DNA of 63,877 nt, the filler included, from an uncultured Myxococcia bacterium (GTDB taxonomy: Bacteria > CAZTWC01), in assembly GCA_964617105.1 (NCBI GenBank). It is 5 parts of 5 records of this genome, joined end to end, with 100 filler letters (N's around TTAATTAATTAA, not from the genome) between each part and the next. Parts side by side here need not be neighbours in the genome. Positions count along the whole stretch, not along the records: positions 1 to 13,786 come from CAZTWC010000076.1; 4 more parts are not named here. One strand, 5' to 3'. The notes under the pieces are model-generated. The model was not told the DNA's origin. It saw only the letters and a program-made list of their open reading frames with translations, and made no database searches. The stretch's first letter is position 1, and every line of letters starts with the position of its first letter. Below are positions 1 through 9,493 of the stretch, piece by piece. The translations under genes were made by a program, and so were the position numbers.

Positions 1-1267
1 TCTCGATGGCCTCTTTGGGCACTGACCCAAAGAGTTGATAACCTAATACAGCGGCTATTGCAACTAATATCAGTAGAATAATCACCAGGGCGATTTTTTT
101 CCCTTTTCCCATTCCTGTCCGGGGCAATTCAAAATCCTGTTCATCTTCGTGGGCATCTACAGAAAAAGAATCTATATGGCTCCAGGAACTCTGCTGCGGA
201 GCGGGCGGCTCTTTTTCGGGTGCATTTTTTTGCCATTGCTGGTAGCGATCACTGCTGTCGGTTTTTTCCGGAGTTACCTGGGTAACTTTTACGGGCACAT
301 TTTCTCCGCCCTGGTCTAATTCTGCCAAAGGAGTCCCCCCTCCCTGGGCAGGTTGGGCAGTCACGCCAGGTATGGTTTGTTGATTCATCAGTTGTTCAAG
401 AGGCACTCCTGCCGCAGGTGCGGCTGGCATTTTTGGCTGGGATAGCGGAGCCTGCGGTTGAGCCTGAAATTGAGGCGCTGGCGGCTGGGGTAATGATGCA
501 CTTCCATTGGTGGAAGAGATGGCCTGGGGGATCTCTTCCCTGGTGGGGGATAACTGCTGATTCATCAGTTGCTCAAGAGGCACACCTGCCGCAGGTGCAG
601 CCGGCATTTCAGGCTGGGATAGCGGGGCCTGTGGTTGAGCCTGAAACTGAGGTGCTGGCGGCTGGGGCGTTGCCATCTCGGGTCTGGTAACCTGTGGTTG
701 GGCAGCCGGTATTTCAGGCTGGGATTGATGGGGCGATGGCTCAATTTGAGGCCAGGGAGTATCCAAGGTTTTTGGGTGAGTTTCCGTCTCTTTTATAGGG
801 CTGGAAAAGTCGGCCTGTTTTATAAAAAGTTGAGTGGCCTGGTTAGGTGCTGCTGATTGTGGTGAAATGGGAAAAGGAGCCTGGGTTGGTGCTGCTTCAG
901 GCACGCTAAACATATTGAAAATACTAACTAATTCTGGGACATCTCCCAGAGCAATCCAGTCTTGGCCCGGTTTTTGGAGATAATCATCTCGAGTTAACCG
1001 GTTTGCTTTGATCATATGTTGAATATCGGATAAACCATTGCAGGTGATAGTGGAGCCATCCTGACCCCTGACAATCCAGGGCTGCGCAGCAGGTTCCTGG
1101 TTCTGGGTTTGGGCCGGTGCCGGTCTAACTGATTGTACGGTTGGTGCTTGTTTCTCAATGCGAAAGACGTGGTAACAGTTGGAACATTTAACCGATGCAC
1201 CGTTGGCAGGAATCCGGCTTTCATCAAATTCATATTCTGTCTGGCAATTTGAGCACCTAACATCCAT
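1..1267 (-). CDS. Zinc-ribbon (MJ0042-type) + GYF_2-like domain + Pro/Gln-rich linker + TM helix protein (GltJ/AgmX-like architecture); runs off the window start
   Basis: Not in the ORF track. Manual translation from ATG 1267 gives MDVRCSNCQTEYEFDESRIPANGASVKCSNCYHVFRI..., then WIVRGQDG...DDYLQKPGQDWIALGDVPEL, a Pro-rich linker and KKIALVIILLILVAIAAVLGYQLFW. The frame is open to base 1 and a GGGGG RBS lies upstream. Confidence 0.85.
   Translation of the reverse strand, partial: MDVRCSNCQTEYEFDESRIPANGASVKCSNCYHVFRIEKQAPTVQSVRPAPAQTQNQEPAAQPWIVRGQDGSTITCNGLSDIQHMIKANRLTRDDYLQKPGQDWIALGDVPELVSIFNMFSVPEAAPTQAPFPISPQSAAPNQATQLFIKQADFSSPIKETETHPKTLDTPWPQIEPSPHQSQPEIPAAQPQVTRPEMATPQPPAPQFQAQPQAPLSQPEMPAAPAAGVPLEQLMNQQLSPTREEIPQAISSTNGSASLPQPPAPQFQAQPQAPLSQPKMPAAPAAGVPLEQLMNQQTIPGVTAQPAQGGGTPLAELDQGGENVPVKVTQVTPEKTDSSDRYQQWQKNAPEKEPPAPQQSSWSHIDSFSVDAHEDEQDFELPRTGMGKGKKIALVIILLILVAIAAVLGYQLFGSVPKEAIE
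381..667 (-). repeat. Intragenic ~110-bp direct repeat (381-490 and 558-667, period 177 nt)
   Basis: Both copies encode PQPPAPQFQAQPQAPLSQP(K/E)MPAAPAAGVPLEQLMNQQ. Confidence 0.85.
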
Positions 1268-1421
1268 TGATTTTTCCCCCAAGGTTAGCATTATCGTCTA
1301 AGGCGACATTTCACTAAATATTTTGATAAATTATCATTTTATCAAAACAAATTATAGATGTCGAGAAAAAGTCTAAATTCACTTTTGTTTTGAAGAGAAC
1401 TGGTTAATTTCTGGATGGACA

Positions 1422-1985
1422 CTATCTGCCGAGTTGGCATAGTTTCATATAGATAATGTTGGGGGCCAGGGTAGACATGAAACGTTCTCTAAAAGATAGA
1501 TTTTGGTAGTTATAGACCAAATTATGACGGGCTTTGCGAAATGAGCGTTTTAGGATGGAACTTAATGAGAAGATCTCCGCCACCATTTTGCAGTATCCTT
1601 CCTCCAATTCGCTGGGGCTCATATGTTTTGGCTTGAACACCACATGGGTGATATCATATTGCGACCAGTCGTTATGTAAAATTCTCTTCTCCCGTTTCAA
1701 TTTTTTATAGAGAGCGGTTCCGGGAAAGGGAGTCATTAAACTAAGTTGGGGGATATCGATATAATTGTTGATAAATTTAGTGGTTTGATCAAATACTTCC
1801 GGAGTATCCTGCTCCATACCCAAGATAAAGCAGCCGATAATAGATATGCCATGATCGTGTAATTTTTCGATATGACTTTCATAATCTTCCACCATATTAC
1901 AAGGCTTGTTTGATTCGGTCAAATTTTCTTGGGTTAGGCTCTCAAATCCGATAAGCAGCATCATGCAACCCCACCTGCACTGCAA
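1422..1985 (-). pseudogene. C-terminal fragment of a B12-binding radical SAM family protein
   Basis: GCMMLLIGFES...GCFILG...TPFPGT...YD motifs are present. The CxxxCxxC motif and B12-binding domain are absent, and the ferredoxin gene ends only 45 bp upstream. Confidence 0.75.
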
Positions 1986-2018
1986 TACCGAGGAAGAGGT
2001 TTTGCCGTGGGGGGGGGG
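1969..2018 (-). terminator. Imperfect GC-rich hairpin with a G10 run just downstream of the ferredoxin gene
   Basis: CCCCAC...GTGGGG and GCAATACC/GGTTTTGC pairings. Confidence 0.35.
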
Positions 2019-2030
2019 ATTTTAGAATAA

Positions 2031-2231
<201 letters not shown>

Positions 2232-2600
2232 TTATAAATATAATTTACCAACAGTTTTAATAAAAAATAACGTTATGGAATATATCCGTTGTTGCCAGAA
2301 AATTCAACCCGGCATTGAAATCCCGGGAATTCTTTTCGTTCTTAAAGTCGAAAGAATAAAAATAATATATGACTTTTTATCACTTGTCAATATTGATATT
2401 CTCTCGATGGGTGTACACAATCAAGGTCAAAATTATTAAGGTGTGGGGCGGTCCCCGGGTTGGCTTCGAGGTTGAAATTTGCCACATGTCGAAAGCCTCC
2501 TAACAATTACCGCCGGATTTTTTTATTGATTTGATGTAGTATATATCCTTACATTTCGACAGGCTTCCGTTTTTATAATTTTTCTGTCAACAAGTTTATT

Positions 2601-2642
2601 ACGCTTATCATGCCTTCAATATCGCGGAGGCATGATAAGCGT
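2601..2642 (-). terminator. Perfect 15-bp inverted repeat downstream of the 1050-aa gene, probable terminator
   Basis: ACGCTTATCATGCCT...AGGCATGATAAGCGT. Confidence 0.7.
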
Positions 2643-2661
2643 TAGTTGACGTAGAGGTCAA

Positions 2662-5600
2662 CTACTTTGGCTCATAGCGTATTAGATAACTGGCCGGGCT
2701 CTTTCCCGTAGGGTTTTCTGTAACCAGATAAACTTCACCATCTATTCCTATTGCCGGAGGTGCATAAACATGATGCTTCAAGACGCCCGAATCTTTGTTT
2801 ATCCAGACTGAGACACCACGATTATCAATTGCATGAAGTTCGCCAGAATGGGTGCCTGCAGCAATCACAAAACCCTGTTTGTCAATAATTGGAGCGGAGA
2901 AAACCGCGCTGTTTTGGAGCGAATACTTCCAACTAAAATTATATTCATAGTTACCATATTTGTAAGCATATACATAGCCATCACAGTTACCGCTCTGCTG
3001 GCAGTTCTGACTGTAAAGACGGGGGGTTCCGAAATAGACCATATTGTCATTGGCTAGTGCTGGTGTTGGGGGAATGATATCCTCGGTGGAACTTGAAATA
3101 TCTTTATCATAGGAGGTCATAACATGTTCAATGTCATAATATTTCAGGTTTCCATCAACATTCTCTGCTGATACCAGATAGACTTCAACCGCGTTGTAGG
3201 CACAAAAGCTCTTATCTTTTATCATTTTGGAATAACAGGTTAAATGCTGCCAGTTTTCACCACCGTAAATAGAACATGGAGTATTGGTTTTCAAAGCGGC
3301 TTCCTCGCATGTAGCAGCGGAAATTGGTTGCACACATATTTTGGTTCCATCCGAAGTTTCAGAACAAGATTGGTAGTTATATCCATAGGTTTTATTCAAC
3401 TGTTCACAATCCAGCATTGAAGAGCATTTATGACCTTTGGTTCTCATGTTTAATGTATAGAACAGTTTGGTTATTTTCTTTTCCGCACTAATAAGGGCGG
3501 CCGGAGAAGAGGCAAAAGATTCAATACTGCCAACTTTTTTGGTATCTAATAGCGATTTTTTTAACTCATCGATTCTGCTGGCCGAGAAACTTTCTGCGGT
3601 TTCCCAGTAGTGCTGGAGCGGATCCCACCCAATTAACCGCCCATCTCTGGTAGTGGTATAAGCCTCTCCCCAATAGCCCACAACCGGAGATGAGATCTGT
3701 TTTTGCACTTTTAAATCGCCTTTTCTATAAATAAATCCGTCAGATGCTCTTATTAAGAACATCAATCCGGTATTATCGGCTGCATAGAGCCATCCGTCTT
3801 CTCTAAGAAGATTTGAAACGGATAGTGGGGAAGAAAACTCCTTTTGCCACGCTCTATCCGAAAGATCCTTAAATACTGAGGTAATTGAACTTCCGGTGAT
3901 GTTGACAGTAGAACCACTATTTACATAGATGTTTTGTTTATCAATAACCGGGGAACTCTGTATCCAGCGACTCAATGCGCCATGCTCTCCTGCTCCAACG
4001 GTATATTTGCCAATAATTTCACCGGAAGATTTAATTTTGTATAACATACCATCGGTTGTAACCAGAATTATATTCCCCATGGCATCTATGGCAGGAGACT
4101 GGGATATTTTAGCATCAAAGGGGATCTTCCATTTAGTAGTTGCACTATTTCCAACTGATCTATTAAACCAGCCAGTATTATTTCGCCTAAAAGCGGGCCA
4201 GTCATTGGAAGACACATTGGGAGGCTGGGGTAAAAAGGGCGGTGGTGTATCTTCTTTTACACAAATCTTAACCGATGCGGCCTCTGATTTTGCATCAAAG
4301 GTATCTAATGCTGTTATCTCACAGGTGAAACATTTTCCCAGGCTATTAAAGTTGGGAATCCAGTAGAATTTGGCGGTTTTTTCTGAATCTTTTGAAGTTT
4401 CCAGAAGGTAGTAATCCAGTTCAGGATTGCACTTGACAACTATTGAAATTGAATCCTCAATATCGGGATCTCTAGCGCTAAGATTAAACTCCACCACTTT
4501 TCCTTCGGCGGCAACTATTTCAGCAGGCGGTTTTAAATCCCATTCCGGCTTATCATTTACCGGTTTAACCTCAATGCTCACCAAAGCGGTGTTGGAGTCC
4601 TTTTGACCATCATTTACTTTGAAACTAAACTGGTCTTTGCCATTATAGTTAAGATGAGGTTTATAGGTTAAATTGGGAGGCGTCCCCAAAATATCGCCAT
4701 TAAGAGGTTTATCCACAATTATAAATTCAATCTCATCAAAATCAGGATCATTGGCAAGTAACTTAAAAGTTACCGCCACCTTTTCCAGGGTTGAAATTTC
4801 TAATTTTATCGCTGTTGGAGGCCGGTTTTGATTTAAAACTTTTAGGGTCACAGTTTTACTTGCTTTGCCGGAATTACTGTCTCCGGTATAGTTATCCTCA
4901 GCCCAAAAGGTGATATCATATTCCTGGTCCACCGGGTTTCCAGCATAATAATCGGGGGTCCATTCCAGAGTGCATTGCTTAAGATCCTTATTGCAGGTAA
5001 AAATACACTCACCTTCTTTATAGTCAGCACAAAAAGGATTGCCATTGTTGCGGGTGGGAGGTGGCATTGGAAACAATACCGTATGACCATCGGGGTCCTG
5101 GGCAACAATTTTCAGCGTCAGTTTCTCTTTCTCTTTTACCGTGAGGTCGCCGATTATATCTATTTGAGGCGGCTGGTTTACATTATGAACGGTAATAGTT
5201 AGCATCAGGGAGTCTGAAAGAGCCCCGGCAGGATTTTGGGGGTCTGGATGATTATCATTTACTGACAGGGTAACCGTGTATTCTTTATAGGGGGTGTTTA
5301 AGTCGGCATTATCTCCGTCAGTATAACCGGGGGTCCATAAAAATTCTCCGGTGCTCTCATCAAATTCGGCCCCAGCCGGAAGGTTGGTTGATGAAAATGT
5401 GAGTGTATCATTGTCACATCCATTCAAAACGTCATTATCGGTGGCGGAAACAGTAAAAGCCAGGTTGTCACCTTCATTAATTTGCATATTACCCAGAGCT
5501 GCTAATTGGGGTGGCGTGTTTACATCAATAACCAAAATATTAATGCTTTTGTGGCTAAAAAGAGTTGGCGTTCCGTTATCGGTAACATAAAAATCCACAG

Positions 5601-5814
5601 TATAGGCATCGGTTCGGCCCCGGTTACAACCTGGAGTCCATTGAAACAGCATTTTATCATTGGGGGCTAAAGAAAACTCCGAATCTTCGGGACTATTTGA
5701 AACCATGTATGATAAAAGATCTCCATCAGCATCGCTTCCCCATACTTCAATATTTATTTGTTCACCCTCTGACACGATGATATCATTTTCAAAATTCAGG
5801 TTTAAAAATCGCAT
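2662..5814 (-). CDS. C-terminal part of a surface protein: Ig/cadherin-like repeats (He_PIG/Big_9-like) + PQQ-type beta-propeller; probably one gene with 5789-6811
   Basis: Repeated N.PP...D.DGD.L...F.WTP units; DWPAFRRN...SSPAID propeller start; no signal peptide of its own. Confidence 0.8.
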   Translation of the reverse strand: MRFLNLNFENDIIVSEGEQINIEVWGSDADGDLLSYMVSNSPEDSEFSLAPNDKMLFQWTPGCNRGRTDAYTVDFYVTDNGTPTLFSHKSINILVIDVNTPPQLAALGNMQINEGDNLAFTVSATDNDVLNGCDNDTLTFSSTNLPAGAEFDESTGEFLWTPGYTDGDNADLNTPYKEYTVTLSVNDNHPDPQNPAGALSDSLMLTITVHNVNQPPQIDIIGDLTVKEKEKLTLKIVAQDPDGHTVLFPMPPPTRNNGNPFCADYKEGECIFTCNKDLKQCTLEWTPDYYAGNPVDQEYDITFWAEDNYTGDSNSGKASKTVTLKVLNQNRPPTAIKLEISTLEKVAVTFKLLANDPDFDEIEFIIVDKPLNGDILGTPPNLTYKPHLNYNGKDQFSFKVNDGQKDSNTALVSIEVKPVNDKPEWDLKPPAEIVAAEGKVVEFNLSARDPDIEDSISIVVKCNPELDYYLLETSKDSEKTAKFYWIPNFNSLGKCFTCEITALDTFDAKSEAASVKICVKEDTPPPFLPQPPNVSSNDWPAFRRNNTGWFNRSVGNSATTKWKIPFDAKISQSPAIDAMGNIILVTTDGMLYKIKSSGEIIGKYTVGAGEHGALSRWIQSSPVIDKQNIYVNSGSTVNITGSSITSVFKDLSDRAWQKEFSSPLSVSNLLREDGWLYAADNTGLMFLIRASDGFIYRKGDLKVQKQISSPVVGYWGEAYTTTRDGRLIGWDPLQHYWETAESFSASRIDELKKSLLDTKKVGSIESFASSPAALISAEKKITKLFYTLNMRTKGHKCSSMLDCEQLNKTYGYNYQSCSETSDGTKICVQPISAATCEEAALKTNTPCSIYGGENWQHLTCYSKMIKDKSFCAYNAVEVYLVSAENVDGNLKYYDIEHVMTSYDKDISSSTEDIIPPTPALANDNMVYFGTPRLYSQNCQQSGNCDGYVYAYKYGNYEYNFSWKYSLQNSAVFSAPIIDKQGFVIAAGTHSGELHAIDNRGVSVWINKDSGVLKHHVYAPPAIGIDGEVYLVTENPTGKSPASYLIRYEPK

Positions 5815-6811
5815 TTTCCGGCAAGTTTTCAGCCTTTAAAACCAGAAGATCTCCATCCGGATCAGTGGCATTTACGATAAAACTTATGACTTCACCCTCA
5901 TTAACATATTTGTTTCCAATGGAGGCCATTACTGGAGGATGGTTCAGTGTTACAATATCTATGGTTACTATCAACACCGCAGATTGACTTGGATTCCCAT
6001 TATCAGCGGCGATAAAGGTTACAACATAATTTCCCTGCTGACCGCTGATGGGAGTCCAGATAAAGGCACCTGTTTCCCCATTAAATTCTGCATTATCCGG
6101 TAGATCATTGGTGGTTAAAGTCACCTCATGGCCATCGGGGTCCTCTGCCTCTACGGTAAAAGTGAGCATTTCTCCCTGAGTAATAGTAAAATTGCTGGTG
6201 TCGGGACTGACAAATACCGGCGGATTATTTTCCGGTATATCTAAAATGTTTACTTTTACTGTATCTGTGCTGCAACTATGTTCATCGGTTGATGCGGTCA
6301 ATTGGAATACAACTTCACTGTTTTCTGAAACCTCAGGTGCAATAAAAGTCCAAATACCTGAATCGCCGCTATTTTCAACAAATTCTACATCAGCCCCCGA
6401 TATTTGGGTCCACAGAAAGGTAATAGCCGCTTCTGGAGGATAGGCAACCGCACTTCCATTGAGAATAAATTGGTCATTTTCATAAACCTCACCACCTGTT
6501 CCCGGCAAACATAACATCATTGGAGTCCCATTTTGTTCCTCAGGACAGTCATTATTAACGTTTTCATTGGCCGGCACACAGTCCCCGGATTGTAGATTAC
6601 AGGTATAACCATCATTACAGTCACTTTGAAGTTGACATTTAGTTACACACTTTCCATCTCTACATTTATAAGCGGCGCATTCACTGTCATGTGTGCAAGG
6701 AGTTGCCACACCACTCTCATCACTCTCGAAGGGAAAATTACTACAACCAATAATTCCAAGAGTTAAAATAGTAATTATAAGACTAGTCACTGTAGCAGAA
6801 ATGGGTTTCAT
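5789..6811 (-). CDS. N-terminal part of a surface lipoprotein (Cys-rich region, PKD/Ig-like repeats), ends mid-repeat
   Basis: Lipobox-like IIGC; the same Ig repeat type as the downstream ORF; out-of-frame overlap at 5789-5814. Confidence 0.8.
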   Translation of the reverse strand: MKPISATVTSLIITILTLGIIGCSNFPFESDESGVATPCTHDSECAAYKCRDGKCVTKCQLQSDCNDGYTCNLQSGDCVPANENVNNDCPEEQNGTPMMLCLPGTGGEVYENDQFILNGSAVAYPPEAAITFLWTQISGADVEFVENSGDSGIWTFIAPEVSENSEVVFQLTASTDEHSCSTDTVKVNILDIPENNPPVFVSPDTSNFTITQGEMLTFTVEAEDPDGHEVTLTTNDLPDNAEFNGETGAFIWTPISGQQGNYVVTFIAADNGNPSQSAVLIVTIDIVTLNHPPVMASIGNKYVNEGEVISFIVNATDPDGDLLVLKAENLPENAIFKPEF

Positions 6812-7339
6812 AAAAGGGCCTCACTGATAGTTTACTCACTTGTCTTTGGTGTAAAAATAATATCAATTAAGTTGAATGAAGTGTTCAAATAGACACTAAT
6901 TAGTAATTTGACCAAATTCGCCATAAAAAATCAATAGTATTTTAAAGAGAGCATTTCGACATGTAAATTAAAGTGCCATTCCAACGAACAGCGGGAATCT
7001 AGCCACTAAATGTGTCGATAGTAGTGTATTTGGGACTAAACTAATTAAAATCAATAGGTTTTACATTTTCATCGGTCACCATCACTTCTACCGAAGATGG
7101 GACGCAGGCTGCTGCCTGAATTACTTCGAGAGGAGGAAGATTAAATTGGTTTTGTTCGGTTAATTTTGGCCATGCGGGATAAATAAAGTGAAATCTCATG
7201 TTGAAATTATCCATTACTTGCTTTATGATTCAACCAGCAATAAGAGAATATTCTGGAATCAGTTTCAAGGATTCTTTACATAATCAACTATTTTCTCAAG
7301 AGCATTTTAAGGCAGGCCATAAAAAAGGCTAATTTTTGA

Positions 7340-9451
7340 GTGAGCCCTAAGATGAATTTATCTTCTCCTCATATTTTTGTAGATATTAAATCCACCAAAT
7401 TAACCTCAGGTGATGAGTGTGGGGTGGAAGGATATTTAGGAACCTGCGATGGCTTCCAAATTCCAGAAAACGCATTTGGCATAATTCGTTATGATCCAGA
7501 TACCAATTCCATCCGGGCTATTCCCGATGGCAGCAACCAGGGGTATCGGCTAAATGATGTGTGGATCTATCAAAACCGGGTGAACCGTTATGATACTTTA
7601 AAGGGTGATGATCTTTGCCGGCGAATTATTGCTTGTGCTGGCAGCGACTTTGATCTCATCGACACCCCGGACAGCACCCTGTTTGCCGCCAGAAGTAAAA
7701 ATTTTCTTGGACACCCGACCCTGTTTCTGGCCCAGATAACTCCCAATTCTGAAGCAGAACTGCGCCAAAAGAACTGGGGATACATGCGCCCAGAGGGTTT
7801 TCGGTTTATTTCGCAGTTGGCAAAGCAGATAAATAGACAACCCGAATCTGAACGTGAGTTTGTGGTGTCAATTGGAGATATTCATGGCGGTGAAGCCAGC
7901 ACCAGAGCGGCCAAACTGAATCAATCCGAGGCGGTTTCCAGTTGTATATCAGATATTGGAGACCTGAATACCGTCAAGGTGGGTATTATCAACCGTGATG
8001 GCGGAAGCGGCGGGGTCTTGGCCGTGATCAACGGTATGCCCCTGGGTATATTTGCCGATGCTATAATGGCGGTAATCAGCCCTCCCCACTGCAGTTCAAT
8101 TTTATGGCATAAAAACAGTGAGATAAAGAGGGCGGTAAAACTGCTAAAGTGCAATGCCAATTGGCTTAAAAAATATCAATTGGTGGATAAGGTTTTAGAT
8201 ACGCCAATTGATATTCACGATTATGATCACTATGCCCTATCTGCCTTTTTCTTTATAAAAGAAGAGTTTGCCCGGCAGTTGAATATTGTTAAAGATAGAT
8301 CCAGTGCAGCGCTAAATAAACTAACCCGAGATAAGATAATCTCCTTTGGGTTGCAAAAAAACGGGGCCACTTTGGCCAACCGTTGTCATCGCAACCTTTA
8401 TTTGACTTTTCATTCGGAATTGTGCCCCTCAAAAGAGATTGATATCGTACCACCCATAAATGAGGTAGACATATCCAGGCTAGATCATAATGAACTCAAT
8501 CGTCTCTATTACCAGCGAGATATATTGAAATTAGATATGAACAAAGCCTATTACCTCTGCAAGAAAGATAGTTCAGCCTTTCAAAAAGGGTGTGGTAAAC
8601 AAGTTCCCATGGAAGAATATATCCATAACTACAAAGCCTGCCCCAATTGCGGTAAGGCTGAATATCTACATGCCAAAGATATTGTTTCAAATTTTCTCGA
8701 TCAGAGATCCATTGTTGAACTATTCAGCAATATTTTACCGGAAGATTTGCTCCCTCCAGAAGTGCTTCAGCATGAAATCGTTGATGCCAAAGAGAGAAAA
8801 CGTCTATATGCAGATGTTTTGGCTATGGCCAGAAAAAAATCGGGTTCTCCAGAGAGCCTGGTAACTGGTATGGCAAAAATTAACGGTTTTTTGGTGGGAG
8901 TAGCGGTTAACGATTTTGCCTTTTTGGGCGGGTCAATGGGGGTGGCCTTTGGTGAGAAATTTTTCCAGTTAGCCAGAGCGTGCATTACCTACTCTATCCC
9001 CTTTCTCTATTTTTCTTGTTCGGGCGGTGCCAGGATGCAGGAGGGAACCCTGGCCCTCAGTCAAATGGCCAAAACCAGTTATGCCACCCGCCGATTGGCC
9101 CATCACCATCTTCCGGCCATCGCTTTTGTGCTTAATCCCACCTCTGGCGGTGTTCCCGCCGGCCCTCTGTTTCAGTTTCCCATTATTGCCAGCGAAAAAA
9201 ACGCCATGCTGGCCTTTTCCGGTCCTCGTGTGGTCCGGCTTGCCGGAGGTATTCTGGATGAGGAGGTGATCACTACCGATTACCAGGCCCAGGAGGGATT
9301 CATCACCGAGGTCGTTCACCGGAAGGAGATTAAACGAACTATCAGCAAATATTTAAAACTTTTTTATATTTCCAACCCTAACTACGCCCGGCTATGCGAA
9401 AATAGTGATAAATTTTTTTCCGGACTATTACACTGTTCCGAACTTCCCTAA
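7340..9451 (+). CDS. Fused acyl-CoA carboxyltransferase alpha-beta (divergent AccA-like + zinc ribbon + AccD-like)
   Basis: AccA-like motifs NWGYMRPEGF, GGSGGVLA and VISPPHCSSILW; AccD-like motifs CPNCG, FLGGSMG..GEK and SGGARMQEG.LALSQMAKT. Confidence 0.8.
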   Translation: MSPKMNLSSPHIFVDIKSTKLTSGDECGVEGYLGTCDGFQIPENAFGIIRYDPDTNSIRAIPDGSNQGYRLNDVWIYQNRVNRYDTLKGDDLCRRIIACAGSDFDLIDTPDSTLFAARSKNFLGHPTLFLAQITPNSEAELRQKNWGYMRPEGFRFISQLAKQINRQPESEREFVVSIGDIHGGEASTRAAKLNQSEAVSSCISDIGDLNTVKVGIINRDGGSGGVLAVINGMPLGIFADAIMAVISPPHCSSILWHKNSEIKRAVKLLKCNANWLKKYQLVDKVLDTPIDIHDYDHYALSAFFFIKEEFARQLNIVKDRSSAALNKLTRDKIISFGLQKNGATLANRCHRNLYLTFHSELCPSKEIDIVPPINEVDISRLDHNELNRLYYQRDILKLDMNKAYYLCKKDSSAFQKGCGKQVPMEEYIHNYKACPNCGKAEYLHAKDIVSNFLDQRSIVELFSNILPEDLLPPEVLQHEIVDAKERKRLYADVLAMARKKSGSPESLVTGMAKINGFLVGVAVNDFAFLGGSMGVAFGEKFFQLARACITYSIPFLYFSCSGGARMQEGTLALSQMAKTSYATRRLAHHHLPAIAFVLNPTSGGVPAGPLFQFPIIASEKNAMLAFSGPRVVRLAGGILDEEVITTDYQAQEGFITEVVHRKEIKRTISKYLKLFYISNPNYARLCENSDKFFSGLLHCSELP

Positions 9452-9493
9452 AATTAGCGCTCAACGATACCCTAAAATAAGAAATAACCAATG

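Noticed and set aside
418-1263. Short ORFs 418-690, 635-856 and 1012-1263
   Set aside because: Shadows of the real minus-strand gene starting at 1267.
2009-2018. G10 tract as a phase-variation switch
   Set aside because: It lies outside any intact gene, and changing its length could not restore the missing radical SAM domains.
5789-5791. TGA as selenocysteine or read-through
   Set aside because: The homologous continuation is in a different frame.
6975-7003. Degenerate REP-like palindrome (GCCATTCC...GGGAATCT)
   Set aside because: A single poorly paired copy; not enough support.
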